A stretch of DNA of 61,348 nt, filler included. It is 5 parts of 5 records of this genome, joined end to end, with 100 filler letters (N's around TTAATTAATTAA, not from the genome) between each part and the next. Parts side by side here need not be neighbours in the genome. Positions count along the whole stretch, not along the records: positions 8,008 to 15,424 come from SRR31156797_24034; positions 15,525 to 42,843 come from SRR31156797_24041; 3 more parts are not named here. One strand, written 5' to 3'. The position numbers and the translations under genes are program-made. Every line of letters starts with the position of its first letter. Positions within the stretch are counted from its first letter, which is position 1. The notes below the pieces were generated by a model, which had not been told where the DNA came from, did not search any database, and was given only the letters and a program-made list of their open reading frames with translations. Of this stretch, positions 8,476 to 18,949 are shown one piece after another.

Positions 8476-8517
8476 AATATCACAGTAACTTATTTTTAAA
8501 TAAGTTACTGTGATATT
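8476..8517. repeat. Perfect 20-bp inverted repeat with 2-nt spacer
   Basis: AATATCACAGTAACTTATTT-TT-AAATAAGTTACTGTGATATT. Confidence 0.9.
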
Positions 8518-8942
8518 TTTGTTACTAAATTAAATGAATTTTGGATTTAAGGAAAGCTTATTTTATGATATAAAGTCTTATAATTATCGAAAAAATTCGA
8601 AATAAAGTTCGAAAAAGAGATTTGTTTTTTTTAACTGTACAGTGAAAGTAAAAAAACAGTCAGAAAATGGTGCTAAGTTTGACAAAATAAAAAAATAATA
8701 GAAAAAGTTGATTTCTGATTTAAAAAGTTCTTAAATAATAGTAAAGAATATGATATAATAGACAATAAATTGACTAATCCAAAAAGAGGGTTTTCTTTTG
8801 AAAGTGTAGTATAATTAATGTGAGGTTATCAAAAGAAACAGGTAAACGAAAAAATATTCAAAATACCTATTTGTCAGGTTTGATTTTTGGAGAGGTAAAG
8901 ATATTTCGAAATTTGTAATAGAAGTTGAAAGGAGAGAAATAA

Positions 8943-9533
8943 GTGACAAATTCTTTGGAGAAGCTTATAGATCAATTCAATAAACTTCCCGGAATTGGTA
9001 AAAAAACCGCCTATCGACTAGCGTTTGCAGTACTAGAGATGGAAAAGGAAGAGGTTGAAAAATTTGCTGATACTTTAAATGAGGTAAAAAGCAAAGTGAA
9101 AAAATGTAATGTTTGCGGAAATTTTAGTGAAGAGGAAACTTGCAGTATTTGTACAAACAGCGAAAGAGACCAAAATGTAATTTGCATAGTCGAGGATGCT
9201 AAAGATATCATAGCTATGGAAAGAGCAGGAAGCTACAATGGAGCATATCATGTGTTGCATGGTAAAATTGCTCCACTTAGTGGAATGGGAATAGAGGAGT
9301 TAAATATTAAATCACTACTTCAAAGAGTTGCAGAGAGGGAAATTAAAGAGATCATTTTAGCGCTTAACCCTGATTTAGAAGGTGAAACAACGGCGCTCTA
9401 TATTAGTAAACTTCTAAAGAATTTTGATATAAAAATATCAAAACTTGCCAGTGGAATTCCAATGGGTGGGAACTTGGAATTTTCAGATATTGCAACAATA
9501 GCAAGAGCTTTAGAAGGAAGGACAGAGGTATAA
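8943..9533 (+). CDS. recR: Recombination mediator RecR
   Basis: LPGIGKKTAYRLA HhH, C4 Zn finger, Toprim ICIVE...ALNPDLEGETTA. Confidence 0.97.
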   Translation: MTNSLEKLIDQFNKLPGIGKKTAYRLAFAVLEMEKEEVEKFADTLNEVKSKVKKCNVCGNFSEEETCSICTNSERDQNVICIVEDAKDIIAMERAGSYNGAYHVLHGKIAPLSGMGIEELNIKSLLQRVAEREIKEIILALNPDLEGETTALYISKLLKNFDIKISKLASGIPMGGNLEFSDIATIARALEGRTEV

Positions 9534-9583
9534 CATAATTTAACAATTATGACTATGAAAATAATGTAAAGGGTGAGAAAAAT

Positions 9584-10870
9584 ATGGAAATAATGACTAC
9601 GGTTGAAAAAATTATTTATTTTAGAAAAAAATACAAAATTAGCCAACAAGATTTAGTTAGAGACAAAGTAGCAAGAAGTTACCTTGCGATGGTTGAAACA
9701 GGAAGTAAACCATTAGGAAAGAATTTATTAAGAATTTTAGTTGAAAATTTTGCTGAGATTTTCGCTGAAAGAGGTATCAATGAAACAATTACTGAAGAAT
9801 TTTTACTAAAAACTAAAGAAGAGCAAATTACAGAAAAAACTGAAGAATATTTTGCTAAATTAGATCAAATTGAATTTGGTACTGAAGAATTCGAAGAATT
9901 AATTACAAACATTGAAAAATTATTTTTCAAAGAACATTCTCCAACGAATAAAATTAAATTATTCAAAAAATTAGGAGATATTTATTACACAAAAACTGAG
10001 TATGAAAAATCAAAAAGTTTTTATATTAGAATTTTAAATGAAATGTATCAAACTGAGGATTATGAAACTTTAGGAGAAATTATTATCTCGTTAACTAATA
10101 TTTCTAACTTCTTAAATAGTTTCTCTGAAATTTTAGGATTAGAGCAAAGCTTAAAAGAAAGCTTTAAATTCTTAGAATTTGATATTAGAGGAAAAATTAT
10201 GTTCAATCTTGCTTTAATTCATTTTAACGTAGGAAATTATGAGCAAGCTTTAGAATACTTTGTTATTTTAGAAAAAGAAGCATATAATGATAAAGAGTTC
10301 TTTGAAATTCTAAACATGAAAGCATTATGTTATAAAAATCTTGAAAAATATGACAAAGCAGTTTCAATATACAGAGGTTTATTAATCAGATATGAAGCAC
10401 CTCAAAATAAAATTCTTTGTAATACAAATTTAATGCTTATCTACAAAACTCTTGATGATGAGAAAAAAGTTAAATATTACTTAAGAAAAACTAAAAATCT
10501 TATGAAAGAAATTTACGATAGAAATGAAGAGGATCATCCATTCATTATTCAAGCTGATGCTGTTTTAGGTGAAATTGGTCAATACCTAGGAAATAGTAGA
10601 TTAGCAATTTCTTCATATGAAAAAGCTCTTGAAGCAAAAGATAATTATGAAGGAAATAAAGTTGAATTCGTTGGAAGTAACATTAGAGGTCTTTTAAAAT
10701 TATACGGTGGAAGAGATATCTCCAAAGTAAAAGAATTAGAAGATATCTATTTTGAAACTTTATATAAAAACGAAGGTTATACAGATATCAGCTTTAATTT
10801 CATTGATTATTATTATAGAAATAACTATTTTACTGAAGTAGACAGATATTTAAAAAAAGTAAAAGGTTAA
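9584..10870 (+). CDS. XRE-type HTH plus TPR-repeat transcriptional regulator
   Basis: N-terminal RKKYKISQQDLV...RSYLAMVETG; TPR units such as FNLALIHFNVGNYEQALEYF. Confidence 0.8.
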   Translation: MEIMTTVEKIIYFRKKYKISQQDLVRDKVARSYLAMVETGSKPLGKNLLRILVENFAEIFAERGINETITEEFLLKTKEEQITEKTEEYFAKLDQIEFGTEEFEELITNIEKLFFKEHSPTNKIKLFKKLGDIYYTKTEYEKSKSFYIRILNEMYQTEDYETLGEIIISLTNISNFLNSFSEILGLEQSLKESFKFLEFDIRGKIMFNLALIHFNVGNYEQALEYFVILEKEAYNDKEFFEILNMKALCYKNLEKYDKAVSIYRGLLIRYEAPQNKILCNTNLMLIYKTLDDEKKVKYYLRKTKNLMKEIYDRNEEDHPFIIQADAVLGEIGQYLGNSRLAISSYEKALEAKDNYEGNKVEFVGSNIRGLLKLYGGRDISKVKELEDIYFETLYKNEGYTDISFNFIDYYYRNNYFTEVDRYLKKVKG

Positions 10871-10919
10871 TAAACATTAAATTATATTTTGGTAGTTCTT
10901 CACTAAATAAGTATATATA

Positions 10920-10960
10920 AATAAAAAGCAGTTCTCTTAAACGGGGACTGCTTTTTATTT
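10920..10960 (+). terminator. Rho-independent (bidirectional-looking) terminator
   Basis: AATAAAAAGCAGTTCTC-loop-GGGGACTGCTTTTTATT. Confidence 0.75.
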
Positions 10961-11096
10961 GAACGGAAATATCTAAAAACTTTATTTATTAATATGAATT
11001 TTAAACAGGAAAAATCATGAGTACTTAGTAAACTATAAGATAAGCGATTATTTAGAAAATTATTAGTGAATACTAAACAACAGGAGGAGATGTGCA

Positions 11097-11561
11097 ATGG
11101 AGAAAACTTTTGTTATGATAAAACCTGGTGCTGTTCAAAGAGAGTTAGTAGGTGAAATAATTTCCAGATTTGAAAAAAAAGGAATAAAAATAGTTGGTTT
11201 AAAGATAATGAGAATGACAGAAGATTTGGCAGGGAAACATTATGCTGAACATAAGGAGAAAGCCTTTTTTCCTGAATTAGTTAGCAGTATAACGGCCGGA
11301 CCGCTTATAGTATTAGTATTAGAGGGGAATAACGTTATTAAAACTGCTAGAAAAATGGCAGGAGCAACTAGAGCTGAGGATGCTATTCCGGGAACGATTA
11401 GAGGTGACTACGTACTTGATACCGGTAAAAACGTAATTCATACATCTGATTCTCCTGAAAGTGCGAAAAGAGAAATTGATTTGTTTTTTAAAAAAGAAGA
11501 GATTTTAGATTATACATTAGCAACTGAAGAGTGGATTTATGTATTGCCTAATAGGGCTTAA
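11097..11561 (+). CDS. ndk: Nucleoside diphosphate kinase
   Basis: EKTFVMIKP, PGTIRGDY, NVIHTSDS. Confidence 0.97.
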   Translation: MEKTFVMIKPGAVQRELVGEIISRFEKKGIKIVGLKIMRMTEDLAGKHYAEHKEKAFFPELVSSITAGPLIVLVLEGNNVIKTARKMAGATRAEDAIPGTIRGDYVLDTGKNVIHTSDSPESAKREIDLFFKKEEILDYTLATEEWIYVLPNRA

Positions 11562-11639
11562 ACATTAATTTGTAGGGTTAATTGAGTTGTATTTTCTTGG
11601 TTTTTATGATAAAATTAAATAAAATCAGAGGTGATTTTC

Positions 11640-12083
11640 ATGAAGCAAATAAAAGATGTTATGACTAAAGATGTTATTTGTGTTGATCCTGAAACTTCAT
11701 TAAAAGAAATTGTCGATTTAATGAAAAAGAATGACATAAAGAAAATGCCTGTATTAGATTCCGGTAAAGTTATTGGAGTAGTTAGAGTTGAAGATCTATT
11801 GTACAAAAAGGAGGAAGCACCACTACCTCCAATTTTAGCGATTAATGATTTAATAATTACTTTGCCGAGTAATAAAACTTTTCAAAATAAGTTACAAAAG
11901 CTTACAGCGTATAAAGCCTCAGAAATTATGACTAAAAAGTTTTTACTAGTGGATGTTTCTGAAAATGTTGAAAAGGTTATTACAGAGATAGTAGAAAAAA
12001 ATTATGGCTATACTTTGGTTCAGGAAAATGGAAAGTTAGCCGGAATTATCACGAAAAAAGATTTACTAGACAATATTTTTTAA
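11640..12083 (+). CDS. Tandem CBS-domain protein
   Basis: IKDVMTKDVICV...ASEIMTK...GIITKKDLL; SD GAGGTG before ATG 11640. Confidence 0.88.
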   Translation: MKQIKDVMTKDVICVDPETSLKEIVDLMKKNDIKKMPVLDSGKVIGVVRVEDLLYKKEEAPLPPILAINDLIITLPSNKTFQNKLQKLTAYKASEIMTKKFLLVDVSENVEKVITEIVEKNYGYTLVQENGKLAGIITKKDLLDNIF

Positions 12084-12127
12084 ATAAGTATATAATTGAT
12101 TAATTTTGATATCAAAGTTTTTTATAT

Positions 12128-12151
12128 GCCCTTTTAACTAAGGGCTTTTTT
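12128..12151 (+). terminator. Rho-independent terminator
   Basis: GCCCTT-loop-AAGGGC plus T6. Confidence 0.65.
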
Positions 12152-12206
12152 ATAACATAAGATATTTTGATTAGTCAAAACAAAAATAAGGAAGGTGTAC
12201 AAAAAT

Positions 12207-13487
12207 TTGGAAACATATGGCCAGGTCATTTTTTTAATAGTTTTAATTATCTTATCGGGGTTCTTCTCATCCTCAGAAACTGCATTAACTGCATTTAAAA
12301 TGACTAAATTAAAAAGCATCGAAGAGAAGGACAAGAAAGCATCAGAATTATTGAGAATTTGGCTTAGAAAACCAAATGAATTTTTAACAGGAATTTTAAT
12401 TGGAAACAACGTTGTTAATATACTCGCATCATCTTTAGCAACTGCTTTAGCATTATCAATTATGGGTAATAATTCAAAAAATGCAATTTTAGTAGTAACA
12501 GTTGTCATGACAATTACGATTCTAATATTTGGTGAAATAACTCCAAAGATTGTTGCTAAAAATTATTCGGCTGAAATATCTAGATATGTAATAAGAATAA
12601 TTTATGTCCTTAGTATAGTTCTTTATCCGTTAACTTTGATATTAATTCTTATTTCTAGGACAATTAGCAGATTATTCGGAATAGAAATAAGCGAGAAATC
12701 AATGCTATTAACAGAAGAAGATATCAAATCATTTGTTAGTGTCGGAGAAGAAGAGGGAATACTTGAAGAAGAAGAACGGGAAATGATCCATTCGATATTC
12801 GAATTTGGAGATACAACTGTTAAAGAAGTAATGATACCAAGAACAACTATGTTTACAATTGAAGCATCAAAATCTCTTGAAGAAGTGTGGGACCTGATTA
12901 TAGAGCAAGGTTTTTCTCGAATACCTGTGTATGAAGAAAGAGTAGATAATATATTAGGAATGATATATATAAAAGATCTTTTCACAGTAATAAGAGAAAA
13001 TAGACTGCATGAACCTGTAAAGAATTTTGTACGTCAAGCTTATTTTGTTCCAGAGACAAAGTTACTTGATGAATTATTAGAGGAGTTCAAAAGAGAGCAT
13101 GTCCATATAGCTATTGTTGTAGATGAATATGGAGGAACTGCTGGTATAGTAACAATTGAAGATTTGATTGAAGAGATAGTCGGAGATATTACTGATGAGT
13201 ATGATGTCGACGAGCAAGAAATAAAAGAAGTAGCAGAAGGAAAATATATAATTGACGCAGTTGTTGCGATTGAAGAATTAAATAAAGAACTTGAAATTGA
13301 ACTACCTGAATCAGAAGATTACGATACTTTAGGAGGATATATATACTCAGAGCTTGGCAGAATGCCACTTGAAAATGATAAAGTAGAAGCGGTGGATGTT
13401 GAAATTAAAGTTTTAAAAGTTGAAAAAAGGAGAATTGACCGAGTGCTAATTCTGAAAAAGCAAAACAATGCCAAGCAGGAGGATTAA
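12207..13487 (+). CDS. HlyC/CorC (CNNM-CBS-CorC) family transporter
   Basis: LSGFFSSSETA, IFGEITPK, FSRIPVY, VVDEYGGTAGIVTIEDLIEEIVG, YDTLGGY; probable TTG start at 12207. Confidence 0.92.
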   Translation: METYGQVIFLIVLIILSGFFSSSETALTAFKMTKLKSIEEKDKKASELLRIWLRKPNEFLTGILIGNNVVNILASSLATALALSIMGNNSKNAILVVTVVMTITILIFGEITPKIVAKNYSAEISRYVIRIIYVLSIVLYPLTLILILISRTISRLFGIEISEKSMLLTEEDIKSFVSVGEEEGILEEEEREMIHSIFEFGDTTVKEVMIPRTTMFTIEASKSLEEVWDLIIEQGFSRIPVYEERVDNILGMIYIKDLFTVIRENRLHEPVKNFVRQAYFVPETKLLDELLEEFKREHVHIAIVVDEYGGTAGIVTIEDLIEEIVGDITDEYDVDEQEIKEVAEGKYIIDAVVAIEELNKELEIELPESEDYDTLGGYIYSELGRMPLENDKVEAVDVEIKVLKVEKRRIDRVLILKKQNNAKQED

Positions 13488-13489
13488 AA

Positions 13490-14200
13490 GTGAAAGAGAG
13501 AGTTAAAGGGAATTTAAAGAGGTATTTTTTGGCGGGATTAATTTCCGTTTTACCTTTATTTGCAACTCTATATGTAATTAAGCTAATATTTGATATTGCA
13601 ATATCTTCTATTGCGAAAATATTGCCAGTTCAAAAGATAATAACAACCCTACTTGATAATTATGCAGCTAGCTTTATAGAGATAAAATCAATTGATACAA
13701 TTGTTACAGCAGTATCGATTATTCTTTCGCTTATAATAATTTTTATTGGGATTTACCTGATAGGGGTATGGATTAGCCATTTTATTAATAAAGAGAGTGT
13801 TAGATATTTTGAAAATATTTTTCTAAAAATTCCACTTGCAAAACCAATTTATACTACTTTTAAACAGTTAAGTGTAATAATTTTTTCTAATGAATATAAA
13901 TCATATAAAAAAGTTGTACTTGTGGAATATCCAAGAAAAGGAATTTATAGTTTAGGTTTTTTAACGAAATCTGGTAATGAAATAGCAGAAAATATCATAG
14001 AAACAGAAAAAATTTATAATGTTTTTATACCAACTTCTCCTAATCCGACTTCAGGAATGTTTATTATGTTGCCAGCTGAAGATGTTAAAGAGGTCAATTT
14101 AAAAGTTGAAGAAGCTTTTAAAATGGTTATTTCAGGAGGGGCAATAGTTCCGTCGGATAAACTACTAGGGGGAAAGAATGAAATTAGCAAAAATAAATAA
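13490..14200 (+). CDS. DUF502 family membrane protein
   Basis: KIPLAKPIY, VVLVEYPRKG, VFIPTSPNPTSG. Confidence 0.9.
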   Translation: MKERVKGNLKRYFLAGLISVLPLFATLYVIKLIFDIAISSIAKILPVQKIITTLLDNYAASFIEIKSIDTIVTAVSIILSLIIIFIGIYLIGVWISHFINKESVRYFENIFLKIPLAKPIYTTFKQLSVIIFSNEYKSYKKVVLVEYPRKGIYSLGFLTKSGNEIAENIIETEKIYNVFIPTSPNPTSGMFIMLPAEDVKEVNLKVEEAFKMVISGGAIVPSDKLLGGKNEISKNK

Positions 14201-15092
14201 AGTATTAATATTTCTTTTGATTTCATTAACATTAACATCTTGTACTAAGCTGCAAAACTCAGTAAAAGGCTATATGAAGCAAGAGAAATATAGTTTGATA
14301 AAAGGTATCAATGCGCAGGATCAAGGCAAAACTGAAGAGGCTTTAAAAAACTTTCAGGAAGCCTATGATAGAAACCCAAATAATGTTTTTACTATGAAAC
14401 AGTTAGCATATATTTATAGTGAAATTGGAGAAGAAGCAAAAGCTGAGGAGTTTTATTTGAAAGTTCTGAAAAAAGAACCAAAAGATGGAATAACTCTTCA
14501 TAATTTGGGGATTCTTTACTATAGACAAGAAAAATATACTAAATCCCTAGAATATTTAAATCAGATTCCTAAAAAATCTTTAAATAATGAAATAATAAAG
14601 TTAAAAGTTTATGATTATTATTTACTTGAAGATTATATTAATGCTTATGAGTTTTCACAAGAAATAATTAATAGTGAAACTGATATAGAGTTTTTAGTAA
14701 TCTATGCAAGGGTATTATTCCATACAAAAAAGCTTGGGGAGTTGCATTCGTTTGTAACAAGGCTTTATAAAACCTACCCTGAAACTTATACTGTAATAGA
14801 TGTGTATACAGATCATCTATGGAATAATTTAGGAGAAACGCAAAAAGTAGTTTTAATTTATAAAAATTATATTATTAAAAATGGTGCTGAAAAAGAAGCT
14901 ATTCTTAAAATTTCAGGTTTATTTTATGAAGAAGAAGAATATTTTGAAGCAAAAAAATATATAGGCTTAATTCTGGAAGAAGATATGTTTGATAGAGATG
15001 TTTTGGAATTAAAAGCCAAAATATACAGAAAAACCGGTATGGAAAAGGAAGCTAAAAGAATAGAAGAGATGCTAGCCTACGAAAAGGAATGA
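14178..15092 (+). CDS. TPR-repeat lipoprotein
   Basis: Lipobox LTSC; TPR units (HNLGILYYRQEKY). Confidence 0.8.
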   Translation: MKLAKINKVLIFLLISLTLTSCTKLQNSVKGYMKQEKYSLIKGINAQDQGKTEEALKNFQEAYDRNPNNVFTMKQLAYIYSEIGEEAKAEEFYLKVLKKEPKDGITLHNLGILYYRQEKYTKSLEYLNQIPKKSLNNEIIKLKVYDYYLLEDYINAYEFSQEIINSETDIEFLVIYARVLFHTKKLGELHSFVTRLYKTYPETYTVIDVYTDHLWNNLGETQKVVLIYKNYIIKNGAEKEAILKISGLFYEEEEYFEAKKYIGLILEEDMFDRDVLELKAKIYRKTGMEKEAKRIEEMLAYEKE

Positions 15093-15098
15093 TAAATT

Positions 15099-15424
15099 AT
15101 GAAAGAGTGGCGAATTAGTTTAATATATAAAATATTTGTGTTTGTTATTTTACTCTTATCACCTTGGTGGATATTGATGTTAATCAAAGACAAGGAGATA
15201 TTGGTACACAGATATATAATAGTATATGTATTTCAACTTTTTATATTAATTATGAGTTACACTCTTTATGAATTGCGACTCAGAACATATTACAACAAAA
15301 TTATAAAAAAAACTCGTATGATGAATAAAAAATATGGTATTGTAAACAGTTCTTATAGAAAATTCGTAGGACTTGACAGCTTTTATAGTTTTGAATATTA
15401 TTTTAATGAACAAAATGATAAATT
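15099..15424 (+). CDS. Hypothetical membrane protein, 3' truncated by contig end
   Basis: Two N-terminal hydrophobic helices; runs into N gap. Confidence 0.65.
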
Positions 15425-15524
15425 NNNNNNNNNNNNNNNNNNNNNNNNNNNNNNNNNNNNNNNNNNNNTTAATTAATTAANNNNNNNNNNNNNNNNNNNN
15501 NNNNNNNNNNNNNNNNNNNNNNNN
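15425..15524. other. Artificial contig-joining spacer
   Basis: N run + TTAATTAATTAA (15469-15480) + N run. Confidence 0.98.
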
Positions 15525-15554
15525 GCCGGTGTCATCAGCGAAATTATTGAATAA
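15525..15554 (+). CDS. tuf: Elongation factor Tu, last 9 codons
   Basis: AGVISEIIE* immediately before rpsJ, matching the EF-Tu C-terminus and usual gene order. Confidence 0.8.
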   Translation, partial: AGVISEIIE

Positions 15555-15565
15555 GGGAGTGGGGC

Positions 15566-15877
15566 ATGCTAACCAACCAAAAAATCCGGATCCGCTTAAA
15601 AGCATACGATTACAAATTGCTGGATCGCGCCGCCTTGGAAATCGTCGAGACCGCAAGGGAGACAGGAGCAAGGGTGGCCGGGCCCATACCGTTGCCCACG
15701 GTAATCAACAAGTTTTGCGTGCTTAGGTCTCCCCATGTGAACAAAAAGTCGAGAGAACAATTCGAAATAAGAACCCATAAGCGGGTCATGGATATATTGG
15801 AACCGACGCAGCAGACCGTCGATTCGCTCATGAAGCTTGACTTGGCGGCCGGTGTGGATGTGGAGATCAAGCTGTAG
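15566..15877 (+). CDS. rpsJ: 30S ribosomal protein S10
   Basis: [29 protein letters not shown]. Confidence 0.98.
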   Translation: MLTNQKIRIRLKAYDYKLLDRAALEIVETARETGARVAGPIPLPTVINKFCVLRSPHVNKKSREQFEIRTHKRVMDILEPTQQTVDSLMKLDLAAGVDVEIKL

Positions 15878-15977
15878 TCAGTGAATAGCGTGGCGGGAGG
15901 GGCTCAGATTCCCCTCTAAAACGGCTCGGGGCGAGCGGCGTGGAAGCCTTGGACGGCGACTTTGGAGTTGAATTCTT

Positions 15978-16601
15978 ATGGTCAACAAGCTTTTTGGCAA
16001 AAAAATAGGTATGACGCGGTACTTCCTCGAAGGAGGAAAAAGCGAATCGGTCAGTGTTGTGAAAATTGGTCCCTGTGTTGTGACCCAGAAAAAGAGCCTA
16101 GAAAAGGAAGGTTATAATGCCATTCAGATCGGGTTCGGGTCCAAAGCCGAGGGACGAACCAATAAACCCCTGAAAGGGCACTTTAAGGCTTCCGGCGGTA
16201 AATGTTTCTCTCATCTGAATGAGGTAAGAGTGGACGACGTCGACGCATTTGAACTGGGGCAGGTAATCAACTCCGAGATCTTTTCCATTGGTGATGTGGT
16301 TCATGTTCGTGGAAGAAGTAAAGGCCGGGGATTTGCGGGCGTTATGAAGCGCTGGGGATTTGGGGGGGGGCGGAAGACACATGGGTCCCGCTCCCATCGG
16401 ATCCCGGGATCCATCGGGAACAGCGCCACGCCGGCAAAAGTAATCAAGGGCAGGAAAATGCCCGGCAGGATGGGGTATACGCATGTGACGACGAAGAATC
16501 TGAAAGTTGTGGACATCAGACCGGATATGGATGTTCTACTGCTTAAGGGATCTGTTCCCGGTGCTCCTGGAAACCTTTTGGAAATTTTTAAGGCCACATA
16601 G
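15978..16601 (+). CDS. rplC: 50S ribosomal protein L3
   Basis: GKKIGMT, SKGRGFAGVMKRW, PGSIG. Confidence 0.98.
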   Translation: MVNKLFGKKIGMTRYFLEGGKSESVSVVKIGPCVVTQKKSLEKEGYNAIQIGFGSKAEGRTNKPLKGHFKASGGKCFSHLNEVRVDDVDAFELGQVINSEIFSIGDVVHVRGRSKGRGFAGVMKRWGFGGGRKTHGSRSHRIPGSIGNSATPAKVIKGRKMPGRMGYTHVTTKNLKVVDIRPDMDVLLLKGSVPGAPGNLLEIFKAT

Positions 16602-16698
16602 ATCAGGGTTTTTTACACCCGGATGGCGCTGGTCCGTTAACGCATTGAGCAGATAGATTCTAATTTCTTAAACAAAATCATGCAGGCAGGGACATCGA

Positions 16699-17322
16699 AT
16701 GACTGTCTTAGACGTATATAATTTGCAGAAAGAAAAGGTTTCGGAAGTGGAGCTGAAGGAGGACGTATTTTCAGTTCCCATCAAGAAGCATGTCCTTCAT
16801 CAGGTCGTCGTTGCGCAGCTGGCAGGCCGCAGATCGGGTACTGCCGCTGTAAAGAACAGGGCTGCGGTAAAAGCTTCCGGTGCGAAGCTTTGGCGACAGA
16901 AAGGTACCGGAAGGGCGAGAGTCGGCAGGGCATCATCTCCCACGAGAAAGGGTGGTGGTGTGGCTTTTGGACCATCTCCACGAAATTATGATCAAAAAGT
17001 CCCCAAAAAGGTCAAGAAAGCCGCTTTGCGCATGGCCCTTACGGACAAGGTTCTTTGTGAACAGCTTTTTGTGATAGATGATTTTGCCCTTCCTGAAATT
17101 AAGACCAAACGGTTTGTTGAGGTCATCAATCGATTTGACGTTCGAAAGGCGCTGATTGTGACCCAAGACAAGTCCGAAAATCTGGAAAAATCTTCTAAGA
17201 ACGTGCAGAAGGTAAAGGTGATGCGGTATGAGGGATTGAATGTTTATGACATCCTGAAATACGATAATCTTTTTCTGGAGCGGGTTGCCGTTGAGAAGAT
17301 AGAGGAGGCATTGGGTTCGTAG
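16699..17322 (+). CDS. rplD: 50S ribosomal protein L4
   Basis: WRQKGTGRAR, GGGVAFGP. Confidence 0.98.
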   Translation: MTVLDVYNLQKEKVSEVELKEDVFSVPIKKHVLHQVVVAQLAGRRSGTAAVKNRAAVKASGAKLWRQKGTGRARVGRASSPTRKGGGVAFGPSPRNYDQKVPKKVKKAALRMALTDKVLCEQLFVIDDFALPEIKTKRFVEVINRFDVRKALIVTQDKSENLEKSSKNVQKVKVMRYEGLNVYDILKYDNLFLERVAVEKIEEALGS

Positions 17323-17609
17323 TGGATATCTATCAAGTGATCAAAGAACCGCACATCACGGAAAAAGCCAACTTGCAAAAAGGGGAAGTCAATCAAGTTT
17401 CCTTTAAAGTGCACAGGCAGGCCAATAAGATTGAGATCCGGCGGGCCGTTGAAGCCCTCTTTAAGACCAAGGTACTGAATGTGCGAACAATGAATATGAT
17501 CGGCAAGAGCAGGCGGATGGGAAGGCATGTGGGTCGAAAACCTCATTGGAAAAAAGCAATTGTTCAGCTTGCTCCGGGCGAAAACATCGAGTTTTTCGAA
17601 GGCATGTGA
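17322..17609 (+). CDS. rplW: 50S ribosomal protein L23
   Basis: PHITEK, ANKIEIRRAVE, WKKAIV; GTG start. Confidence 0.97.
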   Translation: MDIYQVIKEPHITEKANLQKGEVNQVSFKVHRQANKIEIRRAVEALFKTKVLNVRTMNMIGKSRRMGRHVGRKPHWKKAIVQLAPGENIEFFEGM

Positions 17610-17672
17610 TTTGTGGAAACGCCAGGAACTAAAAGACATTAGGTAATTTCAACTTGGGATTCGGAGCAAAGT

Positions 17673-18497
17673 ATGGGCATTAAATCCAGTAAACCCACAT
17701 CTCCCGGCAGGAGATTTCAAACCACCTCCACTTTTGAGGACATAACGCGAAAAAAGCCTGAGAAGAGTCTTCTGAGGGCTTTGAATAAAAAAGGTGGTCG
17801 AAATTCTAACGGTCGTATCACCTCCAGGCACAGGGGCGGTGGTCACAAAAGGGCCTATCGGCTCATCGATTTCAAGCGGGATAAGGATGGTATTCCGGCC
17901 AAGGTGGCTTTCATTGAATATGATCCCAATCGATCCGCCAATATCGCACTTCTCCATTATGTTGACGGCGAAAAGCGGTATATCCTCTCTCCCAAGAATC
18001 TTTCCGTGGGAGATGCCCTCATGTCAGGAGAGCGGGCTGAAATCCGTATTGGTAATGCGCTGCCCCTCAAGGTTATCCCTTTGGGAACCCATATCCACAA
18101 TATCGAGCTGAATATCGGACATGGCGGCCAACTGGCAAGGGGTGCCGGCAGTTATTGTCAGCTCATGGCCAAAGAGGGTAATTATGCACAGGTTAAACTC
18201 CCTTCCGGTGAGGTTCGTCTCATACCGATGGCTTGTAAAGCAACCATTGGGCAGGTGGGTAATCTCGAACACGAAAATATTTCCATTGGAAAAGCCGGCA
18301 GAAAAAGATGGTTTGGAAAAAGGCCCCACGTGAGGGGCGTTGCCATGAATCCTGTCGACCATCCCCATGGAGGCGGCGAAGGGAAGTCTTCCGGTGGACG
18401 ACATCCGGTTACGCCATGGGGGGTACCCACTAAGGGATACAAGACAAGAGTTCGCAAGAGCAGTGACAGATTTATTGTTAAGCGCCGCACGAAATAG
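17673..18497 (+). CDS. rplB: 50S ribosomal protein L2
   Basis: [25 protein letters not shown]. Confidence 0.99.
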   Translation: MGIKSSKPTSPGRRFQTTSTFEDITRKKPEKSLLRALNKKGGRNSNGRITSRHRGGGHKRAYRLIDFKRDKDGIPAKVAFIEYDPNRSANIALLHYVDGEKRYILSPKNLSVGDALMSGERAEIRIGNALPLKVIPLGTHIHNIELNIGHGGQLARGAGSYCQLMAKEGNYAQVKLPSGEVRLIPMACKATIGQVGNLEHENISIGKAGRKRWFGKRPHVRGVAMNPVDHPHGGGEGKSSGGRHPVTPWGVPTKGYKTRVRKSSDRFIVKRRTK

Positions 18498-18557
18498 ACG
18501 TGGTTGTTTTAAGTATTTCTCATTTTGAAAAGATAACAGGGAAGAGGAGGAGGTGCT

Positions 18558-18839
18558 TTGCCAAGATCTCTCAAAAAGGGGCCGTTTGTCGACGGGCATT
18601 TGATAAAGAAAGCCGATGAAGCACGTGAGACCATGAGTCGAAAGATCATCAAGACCTGGTCTCGTAGATCCACTGTGCTTCCCGAATTTGTAGGCTTAAC
18701 CTTTGCGGTGCATAATGGTAAAAAATTTCTGCCGGTATTTGTATCTGAGGACATGGTTGGCCACAAGTTGGGAGAATTTGCACCAACGCGCACATTTTAT
18801 GGCCATGCAGGAGACAAGAAAAGCAAGCTGAAGGGCTAA
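18558..18839 (+). CDS. rpsS: 30S ribosomal protein S19
   Basis: [31 protein letters not shown] start. Confidence 0.98.
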   Translation: MPRSLKKGPFVDGHLIKKADEARETMSRKIIKTWSRRSTVLPEFVGLTFAVHNGKKFLPVFVSEDMVGHKLGEFAPTRTFYGHAGDKKSKLKG

Positions 18840-18949
18840 AAAGGGTACGATTATCCCGAGTGACGGCTTGTAAAGATAGAATGAAGCTTTGAGAAACCGG
18901 GAAATTCAACAACCCCATTGGGGTTATTGAAAGATTTGTGGGATTTAAT

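Noticed and set aside
8820-8890. Possible stem-loop in the recR leader (ATCAAA...AGGTA/TACCT...TTTGAT)
   Set aside because: Weak, interrupted pairing in AT-rich DNA; no recognisable riboswitch motif
10871-11096. Possible quorum-sensing peptide gene after the HTH-TPR regulator
   Set aside because: Only tiny plus-strand ORFs (e.g. MNFKQEKS) with no SD or signal-peptide character; a terminator occupies the region
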